DNA from: a virus
Lineage: Duplodnaviria > Heunggongvirae > Uroviricota > Caudoviricetes
DNA length: 64,000 bases
Virus record (IMG/VR): IMGVR_UViG_3300042260_000241
Direction: 5' to 3' (one strand)
Shown here one piece after another: positions 9,087 through 18,067 of this stretch. Below the pieces are notes generated by a model that saw nothing but the letters and a program-made list of their open reading frames with translations, was not told the origin of the DNA and did not search any database. Both the position numbers and the translations under genes were made by a program. How positions within the stretch are numbered: position 1 is the stretch's first letter; each line of letters starts with the position of its first letter.

Positions 9087-10256
9087 ATGGCAACTACTGC
9101 TAAAGAACCTAAAGAAAAATTGACACCTTCTGAAAAACGTGCTCAGAAGCGTCGTGAAGCCGCTGCCGCTGCCGAACAAGTTTTCGGCACTGGTCGTGGT
9201 TCTACTGAACCCACGATCAATCCATTGGATTATACAATTAGTCTAATGCGCGCATTGAACTACTACAACGCTGCTTACGAAAATAAGGATAAGCGCAAGT
9301 GGTTCATGTCGTACGTTGGTAAAAAGTCTACAGATTTTGAATCTCTTTCTGATTGGGAGTTTCGTTCTGTTGGCACAATGATTCGTCTTAAACAACGTGA
9401 ACAACCTCTTACTGATAAAGATCTTCAGTTTATTGAAGATAAAATCAAAGAACTCCGTGCTAAAGCTAAATCTGGTAAACAATACTCTTCCTTGAAAGGT
9501 GAACCCAAGGATAAGGAAGTAAAAGCTACTATCACTATTCAAGATCGTATTGCTGAAGCAGCATCTATTCATATTGGTGAAATCAATGGAATGATTGACG
9601 ACTTCATTACGTCTGATGTAGATATTGATGTAGGATCTTATTTGAAAGCTAACAATGTCAGCCCACAAGTTTCTAAACTCATTCCTGCAGCTTTTACCAA
9701 AACCATTAACGAACTCAATGAAGTTATTAAAGGCGATGACAAGCAGTTGGTCGAAGGTTATTCAAACATCAAGAAAACCAAGCTCAAGAAACTAATTAAA
9801 GGCATTGAATCTATCTCTGATGCATGTGCTCAACAAGTAGTTTCAGCTAAAGCTGCACGTAAACCAACTGTTCGTAAAGTTAAAGTTAAATCTCCTGCAG
9901 TTCTTGTTAAGAATGTCAAGTATATGAAGGAATTCGCAGAACTAAAAATTAGTTCTGTATCACCAGAATTGCTTGTTGAATCTAAAGAAGTGTGGATCTA
10001 TAACACCAAATATAAAAAGATTCAAGTGTATCGTGCAATCGGCGAAGGCGTCATGACTGTTAAAGGTACATCACTCATTGGATATGAAGTTGCAACATCA
10101 GGTTGTAAAACTCTTCGTAAACCAGAAGTAGTCACTCAATACGCCAATATGACTAAACGCACTTTGGCCCAAGAATTCAAATCGCTAAAGACTAAAGAAT
10201 CTGCAGTCAATGGTCGTATTAATCAAGAATGTATTATTCTGAAAGCTTTTAAATGA
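9087..10256 (+). CDS. hypothetical lysine-rich protein (not gp32-like by sequence)
   Basis: A 389-aa ORF downstream of an early promoter (TATAAT at about 9059) with an AGGAG Shine-Dalgarno sequence. Confidence 0.5.
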   Translation: MATTAKEPKEKLTPSEKRAQKRREAAAAAEQVFGTGRGSTEPTINPLDYTISLMRALNYYNAAYENKDKRKWFMSYVGKKSTDFESLSDWEFRSVGTMIRLKQREQPLTDKDLQFIEDKIKELRAKAKSGKQYSSLKGEPKDKEVKATITIQDRIAEAASIHIGEINGMIDDFITSDVDIDVGSYLKANNVSPQVSKLIPAAFTKTINELNEVIKGDDKQLVEGYSNIKKTKLKKLIKGIESISDACAQQVVSAKAARKPTVRKVKVKSPAVLVKNVKYMKEFAELKISSVSPELLVESKEVWIYNTKYKKIQVYRAIGEGVMTVKGTSLIGYEVATSGCKTLRKPEVVTQYANMTKRTLAQEFKSLKTKESAVNGRINQECIILKAFK

Positions 10257-11122
10257 TTTTACTCGATTACAGTCAAGTTTGCGTAGCAGCAATTCTTGCA
10301 TTCAGCCATGACTTGAAGCGTGGTACTGATATTGAAAAGAAAGATTTGATTCGCCACGTTGCGCTTAATTCTATTAAATCATACAAGAAAAAGTATGGTA
10401 AAGAATATGGGCAAATGGTTATTGCGTGCGATGGCCGCAATTATTGGCGCAAAGAATACTTTGCAAACTATAAAGGTTTGCGTAAGAAAGCACGTGAAGA
10501 ATCTGAACTCGATTGGAAGTTTATTTTTGAAACTCTAAACGAAATCCGTGAAGATCTAAAGTCTTATTTTTCGTATAAGGTTATTCACGTAGATCGTTGT
10601 GAAGCTGACGACGTCATTGCAGTGCTTGCCGAATCTACTCAGGAATTTGGTAAATTCGAACCCGTGATGATTGTGTCTTCAGACAAAGACTTCAAACAAC
10701 TTCATGCATATGAGAATGTTAAGCAGTTTAGTCCTATGCTTAAGAAGCTTGTTGTAGTCAATAAGAAAGAACTAAAAGAATGGCTTGTTGAACATATCGT
10801 TAAAGGTGATTCTGGCGACGGCATTCCAAATATTCTTACTAAAGATGATGCGCTAATGATTGGCGAACGTCAAAAGTCTGTATCATCTAAACGCCTTGAA
10901 GAATTCTTTGAACGTGGTTATGAAGCATGCCGTAACGATGAAGAACGTCGTAATTGGCAACGTAATATTCAACTAGTTGATTTTAAATATATTCCTGAAG
11001 ACGTTAAACAATCTATTCTGGATGCGTTTGAAACTCCTATTCAGGGAAGCAAAAGCGCTATTATGAATTACCTTATTAAAAATAGATGTCGAAATCTATT
11101 GAACGAAATTGAGGAGTTTTGA
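10253..11122 (+). CDS. rnh: RNase H / 5'-3' flap exonuclease (T4 rnh-like)
   Basis: FEN/5'-nuclease motifs: DDVIAVLAE, SSDKDF and GDSGDGIPNI. Confidence 0.85.
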   Translation: MILLDYSQVCVAAILAFSHDLKRGTDIEKKDLIRHVALNSIKSYKKKYGKEYGQMVIACDGRNYWRKEYFANYKGLRKKAREESELDWKFIFETLNEIREDLKSYFSYKVIHVDRCEADDVIAVLAESTQEFGKFEPVMIVSSDKDFKQLHAYENVKQFSPMLKKLVVVNKKELKEWLVEHIVKGDSGDGIPNILTKDDALMIGERQKSVSSKRLEEFFERGYEACRNDEERRNWQRNIQLVDFKYIPEDVKQSILDAFETPIQGSKSAIMNYLIKNRCRNLLNEIEEF

Positions 11123-11559
11123 TGTCAAAGTACATTACTGAAATCTTAGAAGAAGTTGATAAAGACCCAAAGTCTTTAGAAAAATATAAAACCAATGCAG
11201 CATTGAAGTTTATCTTTCAATATGCATTTATTCCAGAACAAAAGTTTGATTTGCCCGAAGGCACTCCTCCATTCAAAGAGGATCCAGCACCTCTTGGTAT
11301 GAGTAGAGCAAATTTTGTAATGGAGACTAAAAAGCTTTATATTTTCACAAAACAAAAAGAATTAAACAAAGTTCGTAAAGAACATTTGTTTATTCAATTG
11401 CTTGAAAATATTCATCCATCTGAGGCTAAACTCCTCATTGCTGTCAAAGATCAGAAGCTAAATAAGCTATATAAGAAAGTCACTGCAGACCTTGCAGCTG
11501 ACTATGGCTTCATTCCAAGACAGAGTAAAAATGAGGAATCAACACCAAAAAAATCTTAA
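11119..11559 (+). CDS. hypothetical protein
   Basis: An ORF with an ATGA overlap to rnh. Confidence 0.4.
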   Translation: MMSKYITEILEEVDKDPKSLEKYKTNAALKFIFQYAFIPEQKFDLPEGTPPFKEDPAPLGMSRANFVMETKKLYIFTKQKELNKVRKEHLFIQLLENIHPSEAKLLIAVKDQKLNKLYKKVTADLAADYGFIPRQSKNEESTPKKS

Positions 11560-11817
11560 GATTATTCTTTCACTCGAGCAACAGGAATTCGCTCACTGGT
11601 TGGCACACTTACCAGATGACGAAATCGACTACGTTGAATGGCTTCTTGAAGAAGTCGACATTGCTCTTGAAAACATGGTCATTGAACAAATTGGATTTGA
11701 CCAAGCGAAAGAAATAATCAGTAAGTATACCATTAATGGAATAGTTGACTAACACAGTCAACTATATACAAAAAATCGTAGATGGTGTATAATTAACCAT
11801 CTTGGAATGATTTTACT

Positions 11818-13092
11818 ATGATTTTAGACATCCTCAAAGAACTTGAAGCAACTTCCTCTCGTTTGGAGAAGGAAGCCATTCTGAAACGTGAAGAAAACAA
11901 CGAACTCTTGAAGCGTGTTTTCTTCTTGGCTTATGATCCATTCACTCAGTTCTATCAACGTAAGATTCCCGAGTATGTAACAGAGTCTATCCCGTGGCAT
12001 ACTCTAGAATCTGCACTGCCTAAGTTGGACGCATTGTCTAAACGAGAAGTAACTGGTAATGCAGCAATCGAATATTTGTCATTGCTTCTTTCAGAAGTTA
12101 GTGAAGACGATGCAAAGGTTATTGAACGTATCATTGCAAAAGATTTAAAATGTGGTGCTTCTGGCTCTACTGCTAACAAAGTTTGGCCGGATTTGATTCA
12201 TGAGTATCCATGTATGTTGTGTACTCCTTCTGATGAGAAGGTGCTGAGTAAATTTAAATTCCCAGCATATGCGCAATTAAAGATGGATGGTATGCGTTTC
12301 AACGCTATAGTTAAAGACGGCAAGTGCGAGTTCCGTAGTCGTAATGGTAAAGAAATTTTACTCCTTGGAAATCTTGAAGAAGAATTTGTTAACATTGCAA
12401 ATGGTCAGAATCTAGTGTTTGATGGTGAGTTGCTTATCAATGATAAGGGTATCATTCTTGATCGTCAGACTGGAAATGGCATCCTAAATAAAGCTGTTAA
12501 GGGTACCATCTCTATCGATGAAGCCCGTAAAGTACATGCAACAATATGGGATGTCATCGATTATGAAACTTTTAAACGAGGTGTTGGAAAACAAGACTAT
12601 CAGACACGTTTTACGTTGCTTGAGAATATGTCGCTTCCGCGTAAGGTACATCTTGTTGAGAGTAAAGTTATGGCAACTCTTGAAGAAGCTCAAAAAATCT
12701 TCGAAGAATACCTTGCACAAGGTCAAGAAGGAATTATCCTAAAAGACATGAGTGGTATTTGGGAAGATAAGCGTGTCAAAACTCAGGTCAAATTCAAAGC
12801 TGAACTTGATTGTGATTTGAAAGTCGTTGGCATTCAACCCGGTACTGGAAAGTACGAAGGAATGGTTGGTGCACTTCTCTGTGAAAGTTCTGATGGCATT
12901 GTCAAAGTTGATGTAGGTTCGGGTTTATCTGATGATGATCGTAAGCGCGATGACTATGTTGGTAAGATTGTAGCAGTAGTTTATAATGCACGTATTAAGA
13001 ACAAACAGGGTGAAGAGTCTTTGTTTCTACCACGTTTAATTGAAGTACGTGAAGATAAGAATGAAGCTGATTCATCTGAAAGAATCAAATGA
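11818..13092 (+). CDS. ATP-dependent DNA ligase (T4 gp30-like)
   Basis: KMDGMR matches the adenylation motif KxDG. There is an OB-domain C-terminus and a promoter at about 11797. Confidence 0.85.
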   Translation: MILDILKELEATSSRLEKEAILKREENNELLKRVFFLAYDPFTQFYQRKIPEYVTESIPWHTLESALPKLDALSKREVTGNAAIEYLSLLLSEVSEDDAKVIERIIAKDLKCGASGSTANKVWPDLIHEYPCMLCTPSDEKVLSKFKFPAYAQLKMDGMRFNAIVKDGKCEFRSRNGKEILLLGNLEEEFVNIANGQNLVFDGELLINDKGIILDRQTGNGILNKAVKGTISIDEARKVHATIWDVIDYETFKRGVGKQDYQTRFTLLENMSLPRKVHLVESKVMATLEEAQKIFEEYLAQGQEGIILKDMSGIWEDKRVKTQVKFKAELDCDLKVVGIQPGTGKYEGMVGALLCESSDGIVKVDVGSGLSDDDRKRDDYVGKIVAVVYNARIKNKQGEESLFLPRLIEVREDKNEADSSERIK

Positions 13093-13313
13093 CAATCCCA
13101 GTTGAACGTACTAACGCAGTTGTTTATACTCGTGAGTTTCTATTATCTTTATTGGATCCTAAAGAAACTCCACGTATACCAAAAGCAATACGTAAACAAG
13201 CATTACGTCTTCTTAGGCACTATCCATCGAAATTCGAAATGGACATAATTGCAAATAGAGAAGACGGTGATGAAGAAATTCCATTGATGAAAATATTTGG
13301 CAAAAATATGTAA
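13089..13313 (+). CDS. hypothetical protein
   Basis: An ORF overlapping the ligase stop codon. Confidence 0.4.
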   Translation: MTIPVERTNAVVYTREFLLSLLDPKETPRIPKAIRKQALRLLRHYPSKFEMDIIANREDGDEEIPLMKIFGKNM

Positions 13314-13521
13314 ATATTTTTAAAATATATCATAAATCACACATAAAACGTATATATATTATATCAACAAATAAAGAGGCATCAATGCATTTCTGTATAT
13401 CCACCAGCGTAAAATTAAGCTATGACTTTAATGGTCAGGCAATTGCGCGCCCTCTCACATCAAATGAAGGATGGGACGGGCACAGGGTCTAAGAGAAGTA
13501 GAAATACATACGCACTCACAA

Positions 13522-13556
13522 GGCCCTACTGAAAAGTTAGGGCCTTTTTGTTTGGT
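13522..13556 (+). terminator. rho-independent terminator
   Basis: A GC hairpin (aggccctact...agggcct) followed by TTTTTGTTT. Confidence 0.6.
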
Positions 13557-13700
13557 GGTGTACAATAATTCGTGGATGGTGTATAATACATCCATAGTCT
13601 GGTAAAACAGACAAACACAATCGAAGAAAAATTTTTCAAGATGGTGTACAAAAAATAGTAGATGGTGTATAATCTCTATCTACGCTGGTAAAACAGCAAA
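13557..13700 (+). promoter_or_regulatory. two tandem early-promoter modules upstream of the tRNA cluster
   Basis: Two copies of a ~50-nt module: TGTACAAWAATT-N-GGTGTATAAT followed by a conserved C(T)GGTAAAACAGCAAAC motif. Confidence 0.55.
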
Positions 13701-13736
13701 CGTTCTTTAAAAATTCGTAGAGTATTCGTAATTTGT

Positions 13737-13811
13737 TCCGGTGTGGTGTAATTGGTAACACAACAGACTTTGACTCTGTCGTCCTAGGTTCGAACCCTAG
13801 CACCGGTGCCA
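13737..13811 (+). tRNA. tRNA-Gln(TTG)
   Basis: Hand-folded cloverleaf: anticodon stem acaga/tctgt, loop ctTTGac, T-loop GGTTCGAAC, encoded CCA. Confidence 0.65.
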
Positions 13812-13814
13812 TAT

Positions 13815-13889
13815 AGATTGTAAACTTTGATGGTGAAGTCCTGCCTCTTAAGCAGAGAGAACTCGGTTCGAGTCCGAGACGATCTACCA
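13815..13889 (+). tRNA. tRNA-Lys(CTT) (anticodon assignment tentative)
   Basis: Acceptor agattgt/acgatct, T-arm ctcggTTCGAGTccgag, CCA. The anticodon stem has one mismatch. Confidence 0.45.
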
Positions 13890-13983
13890 TATCGAAATAC
13901 ATTACACGCCTAGTAACTAGCGGTGGTAGCCTAGTGAAGGGTGCTTCTCCTACCAAGAAGTTTATAGTGTATTTCGATATGGT
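13890..13983 (+). ncRNA. long-stem hairpin element (family 2, copy 1)
   Basis: Near-perfect inverted repeats of about 16–19 bp (ATATCGAAATACATTACAC / GTGTATTTCGATAT) flank about 60 nt. The element sits directly between a tRNA CCA end and the next tRNA. Confidence 0.4.
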
Positions 13984-13990
13984 TTTTAAT

Positions 13991-14068
13991 CTGTGTGTAA
14001 TGTCAATCTGGTAGACGGCCTGGTTTGGAACTAGGAGGCTGTAGGTTCAAATCCTACCACGCAGACCA
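13991..14068 (+). tRNA. tRNA-Pro(TGG) (tentative)
   Basis: Acceptor ctgtgtg/cacgcag (one GU pair), anticodon stem cctgg/ctagg, loop ttTGGaa, T-loop TTCAAAT, CCA. Confidence 0.45.
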
Positions 14069-14074
14069 GTTTAT

Positions 14075-14149
14075 ATCGCGTTTGACTTTTGGTGAGGTCC
14101 GTAGGCTTTCAACTTACTCAGACGGGTTCGATTCCCGTACGCGATACCA
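14075..14149 (+). tRNA. tRNA-Glu(TTC)
   Basis: Acceptor atcgcgt/acgcgat, anticodon loop ctTTCaa, T-arm acgggTTCGATTcccgt, CCA. Confidence 0.55.
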
Positions 14150-14155
14150 GTTTTT

Positions 14156-14230
14156 GGGGGCAGTAGAGGGCTACGGCGGTGGCTTGCAACTTCCGCGACT
14201 AGATGGGTTCGATACCCACGGCTTCCACCA
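14156..14230 (+). tRNA. tRNA-Ala(TGC)-like, degenerate (possible pseudogene)
   Basis: It shares the gggggca acceptor with the Ala tRNA at 17569. The anticodon loop ctTGCaa sits in a 7-bp stem with a U-U mismatch, the D-arm is abnormal, and CCA is encoded. Confidence 0.35.
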
Positions 14231-14352
14231 AGTTTTAGGATACATGCAGCAAATATAACATAATTGTTATGTAGTTGGTTCGATCCCAACATTTTCCGCC
14301 ATTTTGGAAAATTAGCTCATTTGGTAGAGCAAACAAAAAGTGTATCCTGTTG
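14231..14352 (+). ncRNA. YrlA/Y-RNA-like element A (terminal covarying stem plus a permuted tRNA-like module)
   Basis: Terminal stem AGGATAC...GTATCCT. Internal order: ttgtt – variable – T-arm (gttggTTCGATCccaac) – attttcc g cc – loop – ggaaaat – D-arm (tagctcatttggtagagc) – aacaa. This is a tRNA-like domain in which the acceptor is closed by a loop and the anticodon stem is replaced by the terminal stem. Confidence 0.5.
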
Positions 14353-14358
14353 TTTAAT

Positions 14359-14452
14359 AGTGACGTGGGTGAGAGGCTTAAACCACCTTCCTGCTAAGAA
14401 GACGATCCAGCAAAAACTGGGTCCGAGGGTTCGAATCCCTCCGTCACTGCCA
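14359..14452 (+). tRNA. tRNA-Ser(GCT)
   Basis: Type II, long variable arm. Anticodon loop ctGCTaa, T-arm gagggTTCGAATccctc, CCA. Confidence 0.65.
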
Positions 14453-14459
14453 ATTTTAT

Positions 14460-14554
14460 GCCTGTATAGTTTAATGGTAGAACTCCGAGCTTATACCTCG
14501 GCATCGGCGCCAGATTAGCGCACAGTCTAGGTTCGAATCCTAGTGCAGGTACCA
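14460..14554 (+). tRNA. atypical type-II-like tRNA (anticodon loop cuUAUac?), 95 nt
   Basis: Acceptor gcctgta/tgcaggt, perfect anticodon stem ccgag/ctcgg, 26-nt variable region, T-arm ctaggTTCGAATcctag, CCA. Identity undetermined. Confidence 0.35.
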
Positions 14555-14576
14555 CTTTATAATGAAAGGAAGCGAT

Positions 14577-15140
14577 ATGCCTAGTGTATTTTTAGTAAGT
14601 GATACGCACTTCGGCCACGCTGGTGTATGCCGCTTCATGAGAAAAGACGGCACCACTAAGTTGAGGCCGTGGGATGATCCAGATGAAATGGATGAAGAAA
14701 TGGTTAGACGCTGGAACGAAACTGTTCGTCCCGGCGACAAGGTTTATCACCTTGGCGATGTAGTCATCAACCGTAAGGCGCTGAAGACACTCTATCGTCT
14801 CAATGGTGATAAAGTTTTGATTAAAGGTAATCACGACATCTTTAGACCAGAGGATTATGCTCCTCACTTTAGAGATGTTCGAGCATACCATGTAATGAAT
14901 GGAATGATTTTAAGTCATATTCCAGTACATCCTGATGCTCTTTATAGATTTGGATGTAACATTCATGGTCACTTGCATGATGGAAGAGTTATGATGCAAC
15001 CTGTAGGAAAGTATGGAACAGAAGTAGTTGATCCAAGATACTTTAGTGCATGTGTTGAACAACATGATTTTCGTCCTGTATTGTTTGAAGATGTCGTTAA
15101 ACAAGTTAAAGAACAGGGTGGTGTTATAGGCTTTAAGTAA
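14577..15140 (+). CDS. calcineurin-like metallophosphoesterase
   Basis: SDTHFGH, HLGDVV and GNHD motifs. The gene is embedded in the tRNA cluster. Confidence 0.7.
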   Translation: MPSVFLVSDTHFGHAGVCRFMRKDGTTKLRPWDDPDEMDEEMVRRWNETVRPGDKVYHLGDVVINRKALKTLYRLNGDKVLIKGNHDIFRPEDYAPHFRDVRAYHVMNGMILSHIPVHPDALYRFGCNIHGHLHDGRVMMQPVGKYGTEVVDPRYFSACVEQHDFRPVLFEDVVKQVKEQGGVIGFK

Positions 15141-15147
15141 TTAAGTT

Positions 15148-15224
15148 GCGCCTATAGCTCAGTTGGTCAGAGCAGTGGACTCATAATCCATTGGTCCTAG
15201 GTTCAAGTCCTAGTGGGCGCACCA
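15148..15224 (+). tRNA. tRNA-Met(CAT)
   Basis: Acceptor gcgccta/tgggcgc, D-arm tagctcagttggtcagagc, anticodon loop ctCATaa, T-loop TTCAAGT, CCA. Confidence 0.7.
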
Positions 15225-15257
15225 TACATATTTGGAGATACATTTGTAGGAGTAATC

Positions 15258-15818
15258 ATGTCACACGTTTTAGCACTTGATGCATCGGGCTTACCACGTA
15301 AGTGGATCAATTACGAAGATGCCATCACATATTTCGCAAAGGGAATGGTTGTCTGGTCACTAGGTGATACAGTAGCTACTTTCCGTGGCGGAGTGCAAAA
15401 TGATGGTGTACTTTCTGTTATTGAAACTCCTTCGATCATTGCAGTAAAAGGCAAAGGTTTTAACTTAGAAAAGGCCGGAAAGGTAGTACTTTCTAACCGT
15501 ACTTTGTTTGCTCGTGATAAGCACGTATGTGCTTACTGTGGCGGATCGTTCTCTAATGGACAACTTTCTCGTGATCATGTACATCCTGTTTCACGTGGAG
15601 GCGAAAACACTTGGATGAATTGTGTTACTGCATGTATAAAGTGTAATACTTCAAAAGGTGCACGTACCCCAAAAGAATTCGGTCACGAACTTCTGTACGT
15701 TCCTTATGAACCTAATCACTTCGAAAATATGATTCTGCAAAACCGGCACATCCGAGCAGATCAAATGGAGTACTTAATCGGTGGTGTTCCAAAACACTCT
15801 CGTGTACTTCTTAACTAA
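15258..15818 (+). CDS. HNH homing endonuclease
   Basis: HVHPVSRGGENTWMNCVTACIKCN is an HNH motif. The gene is free-standing between tRNA genes. Confidence 0.8.
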   Translation: MSHVLALDASGLPRKWINYEDAITYFAKGMVVWSLGDTVATFRGGVQNDGVLSVIETPSIIAVKGKGFNLEKAGKVVLSNRTLFARDKHVCAYCGGSFSNGQLSRDHVHPVSRGGENTWMNCVTACIKCNTSKGARTPKEFGHELLYVPYEPNHFENMILQNRHIRADQMEYLIGGVPKHSRVLLN

Positions 15819-15821
15819 TAT

Positions 15822-15899
15822 GTACGGGTGGCAGAGAGGCCCAATGCAAGAGTCTGCAAAACTCTAAAACCGTCGGTTCGAATCCGACTCCGTACTCCA
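15822..15899 (+). tRNA. tRNA-Cys(GCA)
   Basis: Anticodon stem agagt/actct, loop ctGCAaa, T-arm gtcggTTCGAATccgac, CCA. Confidence 0.65.
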
Positions 15900-16067
15900 G
15901 ACTGACGATTTCGGCTTGAAAAGCCCTTATAAATCAACAACTTATGAGGCTAAAATGCATACGTATGCATCCTGAGGGTGGATACCTTCTTCAAGCTGAT
16001 TTCGTTCATCCTGATGCATTCTGGATGAAAATTGTATACTAAAGGTTACAGTGTAACAATGCATAAA

Positions 16068-16200
16068 ATAGTGTACAATAATTGCTGGTTGGTGTATAAT
16101 CTATCCATACGCTGCTAAAACAGCAAAGGAATATTGTAGATCATAGCGGTGTACAATAATTCATGGATGGTTTATAATCTATCCATACGCTCTTTAACAA
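16068..16200 (+). promoter_or_regulatory. two further copies of the tRNA-cluster promoter module
   Basis: TGTACAATAATT-N-GGTGTATAAT / GGTTTATAAT followed by ATCCATACGCTG-N-AAAACAGCAAA. The module is near-identical to the copies at 13557–13700. Confidence 0.5.
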
Positions 16201-16228
16201 ATTGATCACATATAAATTGCCGGGAGGC

Positions 16229-16317
16229 AATCACTATATGTAAGTGTACTAGAATGCGCCATGACGGTCGAGGAATTTATTCCCACCACGCAGGAAGACA
16301 TAAGTACACTTACATAT
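16229..16317 (+). ncRNA. long-stem hairpin element (family 2, copy 2)
   Basis: Perfect 15-bp inverted repeat ATATGTAAGTGTACT / AGTACACTTACATAT flanking about 52 nt. It sits immediately 5' of tRNA-Glu. Confidence 0.4.
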
Positions 16318-16321
16318 AGAT

Positions 16322-16397
16322 GCACCGTTCGTCTATCGGTTTAGGACACCAGCCTTTCACGTTGGTAAGATGGGTTCGATTCCCATACGGTGTACCA
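16322..16397 (+). tRNA. tRNA-Glu(TTC) (second copy; assignment tentative)
   Basis: Anticodon stem ccagc/gttgg, loop ctTTCac, T-arm atgggTTCGATTcccat, CCA. Confidence 0.5.
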
Positions 16398-16404
16398 GAT
16401 TTCT

Positions 16405-16479
16405 GGTCTCAAAGTGTTCATGGACGCACGCGACACTGTCACTGTCGAAGAAGGGGATCGTTACCCCTTGGGACCGCCA
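16405..16479 (+). tRNA. tRNA-Asp(GTC)
   Basis: Anticodon stem cgaca/tgtcg, loop ctGTCac, unusual T-loop ATCGTTA, CCA. Confidence 0.65.
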
Positions 16480-16485
16480 AGTTTT

Positions 16486-16560
16486 GCCGGATTAGCACAG
16501 CGGTAGTGCAATCGCCTTGTAAGCGATAGGTCGTCTGTTCGAACCAGACATCCGGCACCA
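16486..16560 (+). tRNA. tRNA-Thr(TGT)
   Basis: D-arm tagcacagcggtagtgc, anticodon stem atcgc/gcgat, loop ctTGTaa, T-arm gtctgTTCGAACcagac, CCA. Confidence 0.65.
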
Positions 16561-16688
16561 AGACACTACGCCTCGCAGCGGTGTCAATCTCAACATAGGG
16601 TTGAGCGTGTATAGTTCGGGTCTACGCCAGTAGGTCTTTTCGGTCACCACGTAGAGTGACGGCTAAAGTTCGTAATGCCACAAATTTT

Positions 16689-16762
16689 GCCCGGTTAGCT
16701 CAAAAGTAGAGCATACGACTGATAATCGTAAGACAGAGGAGCGTTACCTCTACCGGGTACCA
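16689..16762 (+). tRNA. tRNA-Ile(GAT)
   Basis: Anticodon stem tacga/tcgta, loop ctGATaa, CCA. Confidence 0.65.
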
Positions 16763-16768
16763 AAACAT

Positions 16769-16853
16769 GGAGGTGCCGCCGTAATGGTATGGCAGGAGAC
16801 TGTAAATCTTCCGACTTAGGTCACAATAGGTTCGATCCCTATCACCTCCACCA
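16769..16853 (+). tRNA. tRNA-Tyr(GTA)
   Basis: Type II. Anticodon loop ctGTAaa, long variable arm, T-arm aggTTCGATCcct, CCA. Confidence 0.65.
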
Positions 16854-16861
16854 AGTTTAAT

Positions 16862-16941
16862 GGACTTCTGGTATTAGCAGGGAAGTACGCCGTGGGATTA
16901 ATCCTTCGGAGGCGTTGGTTCAATTCCAACGAAGTCCACCA
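16862..16941 (+). tRNA. tRNA-like, anticodon undetermined (contains the GGATTAATCC palindrome; possibly Leu-type or a pseudogene)
   Basis: Good acceptor (ggacttc/gaagtcc), T-arm gttggTTCAATTccaac and CCA, but I could not find a canonical anticodon stem. Confidence 0.35.
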
Positions 16942-16981
16942 AGTTTACATTATATCGCATTTGTGGTATAATAAAGAATAT

Positions 16982-17057
16982 TCCGAAGTAGCACAGAGGT
17001 AGTTGCAGCGCACTGTTAATGCGCCTGTCGTAGGTTCGATCCCTACCTTCGGAGCCA
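16982..17057 (+). tRNA. tRNA-Asn(GTT)
   Basis: Anticodon stem gcgca/tgcgc, loop ctGTTaa, T-arm gtaggTTCGATCcctac, CCA. Confidence 0.7.
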
Positions 17058-17127
17058 AGTTTTAGAGTAGGTTCAGCAAATAAAAAGCATTCAACTTGTA
17101 ATTGAAAACGCAAAAACTACTCTGTTG
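17058..17127 (+). ncRNA. Y-RNA-like element B (reduced member)
   Basis: agtttt-AGAGTAG-gTTCAGCAAa ... aaaaa-CTACTCT-gtt, with an internal anticodon-arm-like hairpin ttcaa-cttgtaa-ttgaa. Confidence 0.45.
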
Positions 17128-17132
17128 TATTT

Positions 17133-17216
17133 GCCTAGGTGGTGGAATGGTATACACTCTGGTCTTAGAAGCCAGCGCCGCGAGGATTGAGAGTTCGAGT
17201 CTCTCCCTAGGCACCA
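17133..17216 (+). tRNA. tRNA-Leu(TAG)
   Basis: Type II. Anticodon stem ctggt/gccag, loop ctTAGaa, T-arm gagagTTCGAGTctctc, CCA. Confidence 0.7.
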
Positions 17217-17568
17217 TGTTTTGTAAGTGTCAGCAAGAGAAAGTCACGCTGGTCAACATTCTTCGAAGGTGTTGGTCAGTAGAAGGTAGCGGGTTCGATC
17301 CCCGTCCGATCGGAAGATCGGAATACAGTTGGAGTATCGTCTGGACTATTATCCCGAGTGACGTACCGAGTCCCGGCCGGCTTAATTACACGGGTGAATG
17401 GTGTCTATAACGATGGGGACACTACTTACAAATTCAATACTCGCCTTGACTGATGGCGTAGAGAAGGATAAATTGTCAGTCATCTTTTTAAAGCGTACTG
17501 CTGAAGTTGGTTCAGTTAGATAGGGAGATCCAATTGCCTATATCGTTAGTATGCTTTAAAAAGATTTT

Positions 17569-17643
17569 GGGGGCATGGCGTAATTGGGAACGCAGTAGCT
17601 TTGCAAGCTTCAGTTCGGGGTTCGATTCCCCGTGCTTCCACCA
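17569..17643 (+). tRNA. tRNA-Ala(TGC)
   Basis: Acceptor gggggca/tgcttcc, D-arm gcgtaattgggaacgc, anticodon loop ttTGCaa, T-arm cggggTTCGATTccccg, CCA. Confidence 0.6.
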
Positions 17644-17904
17644 AGAATACTAAGACAATACTCGGTACTGTGAGTAGATGGAAACCGACCCATGCGAGAC
17701 TGCGTGGGCTTCAATTACGCAGGCATTGGTAATTCTGTGCAGGTCAGATTGACGATGCGAAAGTAAGTCGGTCCAGTAGGGTCAGGAAAAGTATTGTCGG
17801 CGGAAAAAGCTGCCGGACGTCAGAAGTTAGATTCATACACATCGGTATCCATGGACCCGGTGGCAATTTGTTTCTAACGCCGTGTATACGTACAAGATTT
17901 TTAT

Positions 17905-17981
17905 GCCCCGTTAACTCAGTGGATTAGAGTACTAGGCTACGAACTTAGGAGTCGGGCGTTCGAATCGCTCACGGGGTGCCA
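17905..17981 (+). tRNA. tRNA-Arg(ACG)
   Basis: Anticodon stem ctagg/cttag, loop ctACGaa, T-loop TTCGAAT, CCA. Confidence 0.65.
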
Positions 17982-17987
17982 AACAAT

Positions 17988-18063
17988 GCCAATATAGCTC
18001 AGATGGTAGAGCAGCGGACTGAAAATTCGTGTGTCGGTGGTTCAATTCCACCTATTGGCACCA
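17988..18063 (+). tRNA. tRNA-Phe(GAA)
   Basis: D-arm tagctcagatggtagagc, anticodon loop ctGAAaa, T-arm ggtggTTCAATTccacc, CCA. Confidence 0.7.
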
Positions 18064-18067
18064 ATAT

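Noticed and set aside
9087-10256. Calling the 389-aa protein upstream of rnh the gp32 ssDNA-binding protein because of its position in the replication block.
   Set aside because: It shows no resemblance to the gp32 Zn-binding or LAST motifs. It is kept as a hypothetical lysine-rich protein.
14231-14355. Interpretation of the 3'-half and 5'-half tRNA fragments as recombination debris or a split tRNA pseudogene.
   Set aside because: The fragments are joined by a perfect acceptor-like hairpin and enclosed by the covarying terminal stem shared with four other elements. An organised permuted tRNA-like (YrlA-like) RNA explains the sequence better.
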